47,370 nt of DNA from positions 1,509 through 48,878 of the forward strand of contig CAZTDS010000002.1 of NCBI GenBank assembly GCA_964612535.1, written 5' to 3'. Source of the stretch: an uncultured Thermoplasmatales archaeon. Its GTDB lineage: Archaea > Thermoplasmatota > E2 > UBA202 > JdFR-43. The position numbers and the translations under genes were made by a program. Under the pieces are notes generated by a model. It saw only the letters and a program-made list of their open reading frames with translations, searched no databases and had not been told where the DNA came from. Position 1 is the stretch's first letter; every line of letters starts with the position of its first letter. Below, one piece after another: positions 10,513-18,701 of the stretch.

Positions 10513-10757
10513 CGAAAAATTTTTTAAGGCGTGAGTTTATAGGGTTGCCAGTTAGAATCATCGATGCTAAAGATAAAAGTTTGGTTGGCATTGAAGGCAC
10601 GATAATCGATGAAACAAAAAATATGCTGATAATAGAAAGTCAGGGAAAAGTTAAAAAAGTTGCCAAAGATATAGCCCAGTTCGAAATAAATGGAAAGATG
10701 GTGAATGGTAAAAAAATAAAATACAGACCTGAAGATAGGATAAGGAAGATAAAATGA
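10509..10757 (+). CDS. rnp1: RNase P protein component 1 (Rpp29/Pop4)
   Basis: The in-frame upstream extension from 10398 overlaps aSUI1 and is unlikely to be real. ATG 10509 (ATGA overlap) gives [36 protein letters not shown], the Rpp29 Sm-like core. Confidence 0.88.
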   Translation: MTKNFLRREFIGLPVRIIDAKDKSLVGIEGTIIDETKNMLIIESQGKVKKVAKDIAQFEINGKMVNGKKIKYRPEDRIRKIK

Positions 10758-11065
10758 TAGGAATAGAGGTTGAAGAACCAAAGGAAAGGTGTGATGATCC
10801 AAACTGCCCATTTCACGGGCACTTAAAAGTGAGAGGGATAATCCTAAGAGGAAGAGTTGTATCCACAGCGATGCAGAAAACAGTGGTGGTGGAGAGAGAG
10901 CGCCTCCACTATGTGCCAAAGTATGAGAGATATGAAAAGAGGACAAGTCGTTATAAGGCTCATTTGCCACCCTGTATTAAGGTTGAGAAAGGAGATGAAG
11001 TTATTATCATGGAATGTCGGCCTTTAAGCAAAACAAAGCATTTTGTGGTGGTGGGTAAAAAATGA
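10754..11065 (+). CDS. rps17: 30S ribosomal protein uS17
   Basis: 103-aa [19 protein letters not shown]...GRVVS...KTVVV is the archaeal S17 pattern. ATGA overlap upstream. Confidence 0.93.
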   Translation: MIGIEVEEPKERCDDPNCPFHGHLKVRGIILRGRVVSTAMQKTVVVERERLHYVPKYERYEKRTSRYKAHLPPCIKVEKGDEVIIMECRPLSKTKHFVVVGKK

Positions 11066-11460
11066 AGGGAATAGCAGCAAGTGTTACGCGTGGCCTGCCT
11101 ACAGGAGCCCAGCTTGAATGTGTGGATAACACAGGGGCAAGGATAGTTGAAATTATAGCAGTGAAGAACATAAAGGGGGTACATCGCCGCTATCCTGCCG
11201 CTGGCGTTGGCGATTTAGTCATGGTTACTGTAAAGAAGGGGAGGCCTGAAATGAAGAGGCAGGTGTGGCATGCTGTTATAGTTCGCCAGCGCATGCCCTA
11301 TCGCCGTCCAGATGGTACGAGAGTGCAGTTCGAGGATAATGCTGCTGTTATTGTAACGCCGCAGGGAGATATGAAGGGTTCAGCCATTAAGGGGCCTGTG
11401 GCGAGAGAGGCGGCGGATAGATGGCCCCGTATAGCAGCTGCAGCTTCAATTATAGTGTGA
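11062..11460 (+). CDS. rpl14: 50S ribosomal protein uL14
   Basis: 132-aa [13 protein letters not shown]...FEDNAAVIV...[13 protein letters not shown] is the uL14 signature. Confidence 0.95.
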   Translation: MKGIAASVTRGLPTGAQLECVDNTGARIVEIIAVKNIKGVHRRYPAAGVGDLVMVTVKKGRPEMKRQVWHAVIVRQRMPYRRPDGTRVQFEDNAAVIVTPQGDMKGSAIKGPVAREAADRWPRIAAAASIIV

Positions 11461-11464
11461 TAAA

Positions 11465-12103
11465 ATGAGCAGGCAGCCGAGGAAACAGAGGAAGTTGTTA
11501 TACACCGCGCCCCTCCATAAGAGGAGGAAGTGGATAGCTGCGCATCTCGCAGATGATTTAATTTTGAAATATAAGAGGAGAAGTCTTCCAGTGATAAAAG
11601 GGGATACTGTAAAAGTCATGAGGGGCGATTTCAAGGGCTATGTTGGTAAGGTAAGGAGCGTTGATACAAAGAAGGGAAGGCTTGAAGTAGAAGGCGTTGT
11701 AATAACAAAGGTAGATGGCAAAAAAGTGCCTCGCCCAGTTCATGCATCAAATGTTGTTATCACAAAATTGAATCTGACAGATCCATGGCGCAGGAAGAAG
11801 CTTGAAGAGGGACTGCCTGAGGAAGTGAAGAAGGAAATAGAGAAGGAGGCAGAGGAGCAGATAAAGGAATTGGCAGAGGAGGAAGCAATGGCTGAAGAGG
11901 AGATGGAAGAAACGGAAGAGATGGAAGAAGAGGAGATAACAGAAGAAGTAGAAGAGGAAAAAGAAGAAGTTGCAGAGGAGGCAAAAGAGGAAAAGGAAGA
12001 GGAAGAAGTGACGGAAGAGGGAGAAGAGGAAGCAGGCGAGGAAGCTGAGGAAGAAGCGAAGGAAGAAGCAAAAGATTTAAAAGAGAAAAAGGATGGTGAG
12101 TAA
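11465..12103 (+). CDS. rpl24: 50S ribosomal protein uL24 with long poly-acidic C-terminal tail
   Basis: The KOW motif (VIKGDTVKVMRGDFKGYVGKV) and L24 core occupy residues 1 to about 112. Residues 113-212 are about 60% Glu (EEEMEETEEMEEEEITEEVEEEKEE...). Confidence 0.9.
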   Translation: MSRQPRKQRKLLYTAPLHKRRKWIAAHLADDLILKYKRRSLPVIKGDTVKVMRGDFKGYVGKVRSVDTKKGRLEVEGVVITKVDGKKVPRPVHASNVVITKLNLTDPWRRKKLEEGLPEEVKKEIEKEAEEQIKELAEEEAMAEEEMEETEEMEEEEITEEVEEEKEEVAEEAKEEKEEEEVTEEGEEEAGEEAEEEAKEEAKDLKEKKDGE

Positions 12104-12817
12104 ATGGCAGCGCATTTAAAAAGATTGAAAGCTCCGAGAACATGGAGAATAGAAAGAAAGGTTGCGAAATGGACGGTTAAGCCATCGCCTGGCCCTCATC
12201 CAGTAGATAGAAGTATCCCGTTACTTTTAGTTGTTCGTGACTCCTTAGGGCTTGCTGATACAGGTAAGGAAGCAAGGAAAATGATTGCAGCACGCGAGAT
12301 TCTGGTTGATGGTAAGGCGAGGAGAGATTATAAATTTCCATGCGGCTTAATGGATGTTATATCCATACCAAAAATAAATGAGCATTATCGCGTTTTATTT
12401 GATAGGAGAGGCATACTCCAGCTTGTTAAAATTGATGAAGAAAGAGCGAAGTGGAAACTCTGCAGGATAGAAAATAAAACGATGGTAAGAGGCGGCAAAA
12501 TACAACTCAATTTGCACGATGGACGCAACATAATTGTTGAGGAAAACAGCTATAAAACCGGAGATGTTGTGAAGATATCTGTGCCAGAGCAGGAGATACT
12601 TGAAGTAATACCCATGGAGAAGGGAACTCTTGCAATGATAACAGGAGGAAAGCATACCGGGCAAATAGCTGAAATTGAGGAAGTTGTTGTGACGAGAAGT
12701 CCCATGCCAAATATAGTTAAACTTAAAGGCTTTTCAACAATAAAACCATATGTATTTCCTATCGGAAAAGATAAGCCACTTGTCCAGCTTCCAGGGGTAG
12801 AGGAATATGAAGGATAA
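12104..12817 (+). CDS. rps4e: 30S ribosomal protein eS4
   Basis: 237-aa [14 protein letters not shown]...[11 protein letters not shown] is the S4e N-terminal signature. Confidence 0.94.
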   Translation: MAAHLKRLKAPRTWRIERKVAKWTVKPSPGPHPVDRSIPLLLVVRDSLGLADTGKEARKMIAAREILVDGKARRDYKFPCGLMDVISIPKINEHYRVLFDRRGILQLVKIDEERAKWKLCRIENKTMVRGGKIQLNLHDGRNIIVEENSYKTGDVVKISVPEQEILEVIPMEKGTLAMITGGKHTGQIAEIEEVVVTRSPMPNIVKLKGFSTIKPYVFPIGKDKPLVQLPGVEEYEG

Positions 12818-13322
12818 TCCAATGAGAAAAATAAAAGTGGAGAAAGTTACGGTAAACATAGGCGTGGGCGAAGGCGGAGAGAGGCTCAGAAAGGCGGAGA
12901 AAGTGCTGGAGATGCTCACCGGACAGAAGCCAGTGCAGACAGTGGCTAAGATGACAAACAGAGATTTTGGAATAAGGAAGGGAATGCCCATTGGTTGCAA
13001 GGTAACGCTGCGGAAAGAAAAAGCCATAGATTTTTTAAAGAGAGCTTTATGGGTTAGAAATTTCAAGCTGCCTGCGTGGTCTTTTGACGAAGAGGGAAAT
13101 TTTGCGTTTGGTATAACAGAGCATACTGATTTTGAGGGTATGAAATATGATCCGGAGATAGGCATATTTGGAATGGATATATGTGTTACACTTGAAAGAA
13201 ATGGTTACAGGATAAAGAAGAGAAAACTTCGAAAGACAAAAGTGCCAAGAAAACATAGAATAACGAGAGAGGAAGCAATGGAATTTGTTAAAAAGGAGTT
13301 TAATGTGGAGGTAGTAGAATGA
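12807..13322 (+). CDS. rpl5: 50S ribosomal protein uL5
   Basis: 171-aa [27 protein letters not shown]...TGQKPV...[16 protein letters not shown] matches archaeal L5. Confidence 0.93.
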   Translation: MKDNPMRKIKVEKVTVNIGVGEGGERLRKAEKVLEMLTGQKPVQTVAKMTNRDFGIRKGMPIGCKVTLRKEKAIDFLKRALWVRNFKLPAWSFDEEGNFAFGITEHTDFEGMKYDPEIGIFGMDICVTLERNGYRIKKRKLRKTKVPRKHRITREEAMEFVKKEFNVEVVE

Positions 13323-13474
13323 AGATAAAGGAGAGACAGAAGAAGTATGGAAGAGTGGAAGGATGCGTGAGATGCGGAAGGAAGAGAGGAATAATAAGGA
13401 GATATGGAATGCACCTGTGCAGGCAGTGTTTCAGAGAAGTGGCAGAGGAGATGGGTTTTAAGAAATATAGTTAA
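13319..13474 (+). CDS. rps14: 30S ribosomal protein uS14 (zinc-binding type)
   Basis: 51-aa ORF not in the supplied track (below the 60-aa cutoff), translated by hand as [51 protein letters not shown]. It has the CxxC...CxxC zinc motif and an ATGA overlap with uL5. Confidence 0.88.
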   Translation: MKIKERQKKYGRVEGCVRCGRKRGIIRRYGMHLCRQCFREVAEEMGFKKYS

Positions 13475-13511
13475 AAATGCCCCGGAATTTTTTAAGGGTG
13501 AATAAAAAAGC

Positions 13512-14495
13512 ATGATCTGGATTGTAATAGGAATAATTGTAATAGCAATCTTGATTTTCTTTTCCGCCTTTTTTGCTGCAGCAGAAATGGCTTTTGTTTC
13601 GGCAGATAAGGCTAAAATAAGGGAGAGAGCGATGAAAAATGACAAAAAAGCAAAGATTCTGGAAGAACTTATGGAAAATCCTGATGAGGTTGTAAGTGCC
13701 ATAGTTGTTGGAAATAATTTAGTCAATATATCTGCCTCCATACTTGCTGGCGCCATAGCCACTTATCTTCTTGGTAGCGTAGGCGTTGGAATGGCTACGG
13801 CGATAATGACACTTGTAATAGTAATATTTGGTGAGGCAACGCCGAAGGCATTTGGAATAAATAACGAGGAGTTTGCTCTCAAAATAGCCAAGCACCTCCT
13901 CATCATAAAGAAAATTTTCTTCCCCGCCGCCCACCTTTTCTCTGAAATATCCGACGCCTTGCTGAGGCTTGTGGGTGTAAAAAAGAATAAGAAGGCGGCG
14001 GTGACAGAGGAGGAAATAGTTGCAATGCTTGATTTGGGGGTGGAACATGGAACAATAAAGGAGGACGAGAAGGAGCTTGTTGAGGAGGTTTTTGATTTTG
14101 ATGAAACGAAGGCTATTGAAGTGTATGTGCCTAAAGAGAAGATGGTTTATTTGCATGAGGAAGATACCGTCGAGGATTTAATCAAAAAATCGGTTGAAAC
14201 AGGCTTTTCCCGCTTTCCTGTTTGCAGGGATGGTATCGATGATATTGTTGGCATGGTTCATGTTAAAGATGCTCTTATGAAGGATAAAAGAACTCCAGTG
14301 AAGGAGATAATGAGGGAGATACTGAAAATATCTCCCGGCATGAAGGTAGATGATGTTTTGAGGGAAATGCAGAGAAGGAAGGTTCATATGGCAGTTCTGC
14401 AATCAAAGGATGGAAAGACAATCGGTCTATTAACGCTGGAAGATTTGATAGAGGAGATATTTGGAGAAATAAGGGATGAGCACGATAAAAGATGA
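13512..14495 (+). CDS. CNNM/DUF21 transmembrane domain plus CBS-pair protein (putative Mg2+/Co2+ efflux or hemolysin-like family)
   Basis: 327-aa ORF. It has N-terminal TM helices with AAAEMAFVS and VGNNLVNI motifs (DUF21), followed by tandem CBS regions. No CorC_HlyC C-terminal domain is apparent. Confidence 0.8.
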   Translation: MIWIVIGIIVIAILIFFSAFFAAAEMAFVSADKAKIRERAMKNDKKAKILEELMENPDEVVSAIVVGNNLVNISASILAGAIATYLLGSVGVGMATAIMTLVIVIFGEATPKAFGINNEEFALKIAKHLLIIKKIFFPAAHLFSEISDALLRLVGVKKNKKAAVTEEEIVAMLDLGVEHGTIKEDEKELVEEVFDFDETKAIEVYVPKEKMVYLHEEDTVEDLIKKSVETGFSRFPVCRDGIDDIVGMVHVKDALMKDKRTPVKEIMREILKISPGMKVDDVLREMQRRKVHMAVLQSKDGKTIGLLTLEDLIEEIFGEIRDEHDKR

Positions 14496-15178
14496 GGGTG
14501 GCATGTTTAATTTCAGGAGGAAAAGATTCATTGTATGCTTGTTATGTAGCAATGCATTATGGATGGAGTATAGATGCATTAATTGCTGTGAAGCCGAAAA
14601 AAATCTCCTGGATGTTTCATTATGAAAACATATCTCTTGTGCCTCTAATAGCGAAGGCAATGGGAAAAAATTTGCTTATAAAAGAAAGCGAGGCAGAAAA
14701 GGAGAATGAACTCGAAGATTTAAAAGAACTTATTCAAAAGGCAGATGTAGAAGGAGTAATATCGGGGGCAATTGCCAGCGAATATCAAAGGACAAGAATA
14801 GAGAAGATTTGCCATGAAATAGGAGTAAAATCTTTCACACCCCTCTGGCACAAAAAGCAGGAAGATTTGTTGCAGGATTTAATAAAAGCTGGATTTGAAG
14901 TCATAATAACTGCTGTTGCTGCAGAAGGGTTTGGTAAAGATTGGCTCGGGAGAAAAATCGATGAAAAATGCATTGAAGAGCTTCTGGAGATGGGAATAAA
15001 GTATGGCATAAATGTTGCTGGCGAGGGCGGGGAATTTGAAACACTCGTTATTGATTGTCCCCTTTACAGAAAAAAATTAAGAATAATTGAAGCAGAAAGG
15101 AAATGGGATGGAAGCAGAGGAACCTATGAAGTTAAGAGAGCAGAGTTGATGGAGAAAAACTCCTGCAAAAAATTTTAA
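14492..15178 (+). CDS. Diphthine-ammonia ligase (Dph6-like PP-loop ATPase, MJ0570 family)
   Basis: 228-aa ORF. The PP-loop LISGGKDS, SGAIASEYQRTRIE and GEGGEFETLV motifs are typical of the Diphthami_syn_2 family. ATGA overlap with the upstream gene. Confidence 0.85.
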   Translation: MRVACLISGGKDSLYACYVAMHYGWSIDALIAVKPKKISWMFHYENISLVPLIAKAMGKNLLIKESEAEKENELEDLKELIQKADVEGVISGAIASEYQRTRIEKICHEIGVKSFTPLWHKKQEDLLQDLIKAGFEVIITAVAAEGFGKDWLGRKIDEKCIEELLEMGIKYGINVAGEGGEFETLVIDCPLYRKKLRIIEAERKWDGSRGTYEVKRAELMEKNSCKKF

Positions 15179-15201
15179 AAAACACTCGCATATTCATATT
15201 G

Positions 15202-15312
15202 CCCGGCGTAGCTCAGACTGGCTAGAGCGGCGGACTGTAGTTGCAGCAAAGCGGGCTAAAACCCACCGCCGCGGATATCCGCGTGTCCCCGGTTCAAATC
15301 CGGGCGCCGGGA
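15202..15312 (+). tRNA. tRNA-Tyr (anticodon GTA) with 36-nt intron at the canonical 37/38 position
   Basis: Hand-folded. Acceptor is CCCGGCG/CGCCGGG, D arm GCTC..GAGC, anticodon stem GCGGA/TCCGC with loop CTGTAG and GTA at 15237-15239. The intron is 15241-15276, T arm CCCGG-TTCAAAT-CCGGG, discriminator A. No encoded CCA. Confidence 0.85.
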
Positions 15313-15774
15313 CTATATTTCTTTCACCATCCTTATCCATCTTCCGACTTTTTCTCCAGCTGTATAACCGACTTTTTCGTAAAATTTTTTGGCTGCATAG
15401 TTTCTCTCACCCACCCAGAGCTCTATTTTTCTATGCCCTTTGTTTTTGAGGTAATTTTCCGCCGCTTCCATCAACTTTTTCCCTATGCCTTTTCCTCTAT
15501 ATCCTCTCGCCACAACTATTTCATGTATCTCACCAACATCCTCATCAAAAAAACTGTGCCATGTGGCGTCGCAGGCAACAAAGCCGGCAGGCTTGCCATC
15601 TATCTCAGCAACAAAAATGCCTTCCCTATCCCTCCTCAAAAGCCATTTAAAATAGTACTTTATATTTCTTTCCTTCCTGTATGCATATTCCTGCATATTG
15701 CGGTAAGCAGACTTATATATATCCACGAAGGCTTCCAAGTCCTCTATCCCTGCCTTCCTTATCCTGATTTCCAT
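15313..15774 (-). CDS. GNAT-family N-acetyltransferase
   Basis: The track ORF starts at TTG 15780; ATG 15774 gives MEIRIRKAGIEDL.... The acetyl-CoA binding motif is VARGYRGKGIGKKLM. The stop codon directly abuts the tRNA-Tyr 3' end. Confidence 0.85.
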   Translation of the reverse strand: MEIRIRKAGIEDLEAFVDIYKSAYRNMQEYAYRKERNIKYYFKWLLRRDREGIFVAEIDGKPAGFVACDATWHSFFDEDVGEIHEIVVARGYRGKGIGKKLMEAAENYLKNKGHRKIELWVGERNYAAKKFYEKVGYTAGEKVGRWIRMVKEI

Positions 15775-15808
15775 GAGCAAGTTTAATTATGTTTGCGGGT
15801 TTATAAAT

Positions 15809-16816
15809 ATGCATGCAAAAGATTTACTCCTTACTCTTCTCAAAATCCCGTCATACTCAAAGGAAGAAAAGAAAATGATGGATTTTATTGCAGATTCAGT
15901 GGCCAAAATGGGGTATGAGGCAAAAATTGAAGATGAAATGAATCTTGTTATCGATGCTGGCAACGAAATATGCATTGCAACTCATATGGATACGATAAGA
16001 AGAGAGATGCCCGTTCGCATCGAAAAAAACAGGATATATGGGAGGGGGGCAAGTGATGCAAAAGCAAGCATCGCCGCAATACTTCTCTTTCTTGAGAAAG
16101 CAAGAGAACTAAATGTATCTGTAGCTTTTCTCAGTGATGAAGAGGAGGATGCAAAGGGTTCGCAGGCTTTTGTTAAAAAACATCACCCTAAAAATGCAGT
16201 TATCATGGAACCAACTTCCTTAAGGGTATGCAACCATCAGGCAGGGAGCATAGAAGCAATTTTTGAGATAGAAAGCGATGAAATCCATGGCTCCTTTTGT
16301 GGAGGGGCAATAGATGAGGCGATGGAGATGCTCAGGGAGTTGAAGGCCATGAAATACTGGAAGAAGGGAAAATATTTTGACAGCTGCCTCACTGTGCAGG
16401 AAATAAAAAGCATCAATCCTTATTATCTTTGCCCGGCAAAATGCGAGGGAAGGATAGAGGCAAGGCTGTTTGCGGAGCAGAAAGCAGATGAAGTGGCGGG
16501 GGAAATGAAAACAATCATTGAAAGATACGGAAGGGTGGATTTCAGGGAAATATGGAATGGTTTTGAGACAGGGGAAAAAGAAGAAATAGTTCAGATTGCA
16601 AAGAGAGCATGTTTCGACGCCTCCATTTCATTCTCCCTTGATGGCATGCCGAGCTGGACAGACGCCATTATTTTCAACAATGCCGCCATAAAATGCATAA
16701 TTTTTGGACCAGGAGAGCTAAAATACGCCCATACCACAAAAGAATTTGTTAACGTGGAGGAGATAGAAAAGGCAGCAGAATTTCTTTTGGCATTGAATAA
16801 AGCAATTGCTAACTGA
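15809..16816 (+). CDS. M20-family metallopeptidase (ArgE/DapE/LysK-type deacylase)
   Basis: ATG 15809 gives MHAKDLLLTLLKIPSYSKEE. The HMDT, GRGASDAK and SDEEE metal-ligand motifs are typical of M20 deacetylases. The upstream ATG 15773 would overlap the divergent GNAT start. Confidence 0.8.
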   Translation: MHAKDLLLTLLKIPSYSKEEKKMMDFIADSVAKMGYEAKIEDEMNLVIDAGNEICIATHMDTIRREMPVRIEKNRIYGRGASDAKASIAAILLFLEKARELNVSVAFLSDEEEDAKGSQAFVKKHHPKNAVIMEPTSLRVCNHQAGSIEAIFEIESDEIHGSFCGGAIDEAMEMLRELKAMKYWKKGKYFDSCLTVQEIKSINPYYLCPAKCEGRIEARLFAEQKADEVAGEMKTIIERYGRVDFREIWNGFETGEKEEIVQIAKRACFDASISFSLDGMPSWTDAIIFNNAAIKCIIFGPGELKYAHTTKEFVNVEEIEKAAEFLLALNKAIAN

Positions 16817-17198
16817 AAATTGCCACTCCTATAACCACGCCAGCAAAACCAGCAATTATAAACAAAGCAGGAGGAGCAAAATATGCAGGAAAGCCTGCGA
16901 ATGGAATGAAAATTGCAAGATGAACCATATGAGACCATTGACCCATTAATCCATCGGTGCTTAGAAGAATACCTAAAGCAGCGAAAAGCACAGGAGTTAC
17001 AGGAATGAAAGGAGGAAATAACAACCCCATTCCTATACCTGTTACCTTGCACATCATATTCACGTAAACTCCGTCCTCGCCAAATTTCTTCTGCAAAAAT
17101 TCTATGAGATGCTGAACTTCATCCCATGTAATCCCTCCCTCCCGAATTTTTTCTATTTCTTTTATGACAGATGAAATATTTCTGTCTGGAGATTTCAT
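16809..17198 (-). CDS. Hypothetical membrane protein
   Basis: The track ORF begins at TTG 17240; the first ATG is at 17198. It has a soluble roughly 50-aa N-terminus followed by about 3 hydrophobic helices. No recognisable family. Confidence 0.5.
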   Translation of the reverse strand: MKSPDRNISSVIKEIEKIREGGITWDEVQHLIEFLQKKFGEDGVYVNMMCKVTGIGMGLLFPPFIPVTPVLFAALGILLSTDGLMGQWSHMVHLAIFIPFAGFPAYFAPPALFIIAGFAGVVIGVAIFS

Positions 17199-17305
17199 CT
17201 CTCTGCTTTCCAAATTAATGGATGAAAAGATAAAAGACAAAATGACGAAATACGCAATAAGTTTTTCGTCATTAAATTACAACTGCAAGTTGTATAAATA
17301 CCTTC

Positions 17306-18601
17306 TTAAGGTCTCAATCGCTTCCTATCTCTTGGAAACAGTATGCACTCCCTTATGTTCTTAAGGTCGAGCAGGCGCATCAAGAAGCGTTCTATGCCGT
17401 AGCCGAAGCCGCCGTGTGGTGGCATGCCGTAACGGAATGCTTTGAGATAATCCTCGAAATTTTCTTTATTCATGCCCAGCTCGTCCATTCTTTTGATGAG
17501 AAGTTCATAATCATGAATTCGCTGCGCTCCAGAGGCAATTTCCATACCTTTGAATTCCAGATCGAAAGCCCTCGCATATTTGCCATCGAACATTGCATAG
17601 AATGGTTTGGCTTCTAATGGAAATTTAGTTATGAAATAAAGCTCGTAATCAAGTTTTTCGGCAAGTAAATTTTCCTCATCTGTCCCCAGATCATCTCCCC
17701 ATTTGAAATCAATCTCTTTCTTAAGCAATTCAACAACTTCATCATATGTGATGCGTGGATAAGGCACAGATGGTGCATCGATTTTGGCATGCAAAATTTC
17801 TAGCTCTTTACTGCATTCATCCATTATTTTCTGAATCGCATATTCCGTCATTTCTTCCGCAATTCTCATCACCTCTTCCTCGCTCTCAATAAATGCCATC
17901 TCTATGTCTATGGCTGTAGATTCATTTAGATGGCGGGAAGTATCGTGTTCTTCTGCCCTAAAATACCATGCAATTTCATAAACTCTGTCCAGCCCGGAAG
18001 CCATGAGCATCTGCTTATATAGCTGGGGAGATTGAACTAAATAGGCGGGTTTGCCAAAATAATCTATTTTAAATACTTCTGTTCCTCCTTCAGAGGAAGC
18101 GGCTGTTATTTTTGGAGTATGAACTTCAATGAAATCCTTTTTTCTTAAATACTCGGATGCAAATCCAATGAATGCATGTCTTATCATGAAAATGGCCTTC
18201 GTCTCATCCCTCCTTAAATCAATTATTCTGTTATCAAGGCGGGTGTCGAAATCAACATTTACTTTATCCACAACACCCATTGGAAGGGGAGTATCAGCGT
18301 TAGACAAAATCTCCATTTCTTCAATCAGCAATTCCCATCCATTTCGCACCTTTTCATTTTCCTGGCATGTGCCTCTCGCCACTATAACACTCTCTCTCGA
18401 AAGAGAAACAAGTTCCTTAAAAAGTTCAGGATCTTGCTTTTTTATTGCTGTAACCTGCATCCTGCCATATCTATCTCGCAAAATAATAAATGCAATGCCT
18501 CCCAAATTTCGTATATCTTCAATCCATCCTGCAATGGCTATCTTTTTTCCATAATCTTTCTTGCTAACTTCACTGCTGTAATGGGTTCGGAGCATATTCA
18601 T
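17306..18601 (-). CDS. aspS: Aspartyl-tRNA synthetase (archaeal/eukaryotic type)
   Basis: 431-aa ORF. It has an N-terminal OB anticodon-binding domain (GWIEDIRNLGGIAFIILRD) and class II motifs (FRAEEHDTSRHLNE, GGFGYGIERF). Confidence 0.95.
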   Translation of the reverse strand: MNMLRTHYSSEVSKKDYGKKIAIAGWIEDIRNLGGIAFIILRDRYGRMQVTAIKKQDPELFKELVSLSRESVIVARGTCQENEKVRNGWELLIEEMEILSNADTPLPMGVVDKVNVDFDTRLDNRIIDLRRDETKAIFMIRHAFIGFASEYLRKKDFIEVHTPKITAASSEGGTEVFKIDYFGKPAYLVQSPQLYKQMLMASGLDRVYEIAWYFRAEEHDTSRHLNESTAIDIEMAFIESEEEVMRIAEEMTEYAIQKIMDECSKELEILHAKIDAPSVPYPRITYDEVVELLKKEIDFKWGDDLGTDEENLLAEKLDYELYFITKFPLEAKPFYAMFDGKYARAFDLEFKGMEIASGAQRIHDYELLIKRMDELGMNKENFEDYLKAFRYGMPPHGGFGYGIERFLMRLLDLKNIRECILFPRDRKRLRP

Positions 18602-18701
18602 GATAGTCCTGCACGTTATATTTTTTGTGCAAATATTTATAAAGGGTAGTTAGATTAAGTATGACAGAAGTTATCTTTTGTCAAGATTATGGGGAGGTAA
18701 A

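Noticed and set aside
11760-12143. Apparent tandem repeat or 127-aa minus-strand ORF in the GAA/GAG-rich tract; checked as a possible repeat array or CRISPR-like element
   Set aside because: The tract is an in-frame continuation of uL24 encoding poly-Glu. There is no regular repeat-spacer periodicity. The antisense Leu/Pro/Ser ORF is a by-product of the low complexity.
13205-13762. 185-aa minus-strand ORF spanning uL5, uS14 and the CNNM start
   Set aside because: It crosses three sense-strand genes and an intergenic promoter region. The composition is Ser/Leu/Phe-rich with no family resemblance.
15241-15786. 181-aa plus-strand ORF starting inside the tRNA-Tyr intron
   Set aside because: It overlaps a well-folded tRNA and is antisense to a GNAT acetyltransferase with a clear acetyl-CoA motif.
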